A stretch of 64,000 nucleotides of DNA from Chrysomallon squamiferum (Eukaryota; Animalia; Mollusca): positions 15,562,001-15,626,000 of the forward strand of contig CM022670.1 in assembly GCA_012295275.1 (NCBI GenBank), written 5' to 3'. Position numbers and translations under genes: made by a program. Shown here one piece after another: positions 63,125-64,000 of this stretch (position 1 is its first letter; each line of letters begins with the position of its first letter). The notes below the pieces were generated by a model, which was not told where the DNA came from, ran no database searches, and was given only the letters and a program-made list of their open reading frames with translations.

Positions 63125-63875
63125 TTTAATGTAATAATTCTTAATTTATTATTATCATCACTTGGTTTGTGACAACATGTTTTTAAATAATCCTCAATTT
63201 ATTTCTTTAGTGAATTTATAGTTTACATAATTTTAAATAATTTAAATGAAATCAACACAACCAGAACATTCCAAATGAATCATTATCAGTGATATATATT
63301 AATTTACATAAAATACTGAACAAATGTTTCTGCACTACTTTTTTTATTATAGTCAATGTATTTTTAAATAATTGACATAAACATTTCTCAGCATTATCTT
63401 TTTTCACCAAACAGAAAGACACTCAAAATAATAAATACATTTTAAAAATTCCAATCATCAGTAACATCAGTGCAAAATAATATTTTCCTGATGTTCATAA
63501 TTTGTTATCTACATTCTTCTGTTTTGAAGAATGGTTTTTCTACCTTAACCTCTTCATTGAGGTGAATACCACCATCACTATCAGCAATAATATGAACCAA
63601 TAGCAATGTCACCCAGGCAGTTTACAAGAGTCATAAATACGCTACATAAAAAAAAAATAATAATATTTTTTTTTACATACTGTAGTGTGAGACCAAAAAT
63701 TATCTTTAATAATAGGAGACAATCTAAATTATTAAAGTTTAAACTTATCATAATCACTAATGATCATAATATGTTCAGAGAAACATGTTACCTAAGTAAA
63801 ACTGCCAAGTAGTTACAGATACAACAATTTTTATTTTTGCTTGATTTTTTTGTTAACCCATTGGCCTTGTCAGAT

Positions 63876-63969
63876 CATATCAAAATATATTTAATCATAT
63901 CAGTATATATTTAATGATATCAAAATATGTTTAATCACATCAAAATATGTTTAATCATATCGAAATATA
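63876..63969. repeat. 20-bp tandem repeat (CATATCAAAATATRTTTAAT), about 4.7 copies
   Basis: Directly visible units. Confidence 0.85.
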
Positions 63970-64000
63970 AATAATGATGATGACTCTACTCATCAAAATT

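Noticed and set aside
63544-63641. Exon-like block on the - strand (VFMTLVNCLGDIAIGSYYC*)
   Set aside because: Could be a UTR exon of the ZNF800-like gene or the end of a gene outside the window; cannot be assigned.

Overview
AT-rich, microsatellite-dense, intron-containing animal DNA, most like a mollusc and probably a coleoid cephalopod (inference from repeat landscape and gene style; not proven). Most short ORFs in the track are microsatellite artefacts. Spliced genes reconstructed by hand: (1) the 3' part of a kyphoscoliosis-peptidase/hillarin-like gene (+, to 5235); (2) a full-length paralogue on the opposite strand (-, 32363-40346); both end in a domain resembling the dynein heavy-chain microtubule-binding domain; (3) DHRS11 (-, 7 coding exons); (4) MRPL13 (-, 7 exons, one GC-AG intron); (5) a CABIT+SAM adaptor (-); (6) a ZNF800-like zinc-finger gene with a long ATKxx pentapeptide array (-). 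The 12.9-24.5 kb interval is an unusual mosaic. It holds a tandem pair of stand-alone EEP-superfamily nuclease/phosphatase genes (one lacks the catalytic Glu, one is frameshifted), antisense intron-retaining pseudo-exons of cystathionine beta-synthase and PP2A scaffold subunit A, a minisatellite seen at 1, 2 and about 13 copies, and DNA-transposon remnants. Also present: a KLHDC9-like pseudogene, an unidentified 3-exon ORF with one in-frame TGA, and a long intronic hairpin. All family calls come from motif recognition by eye; no database searches were run.
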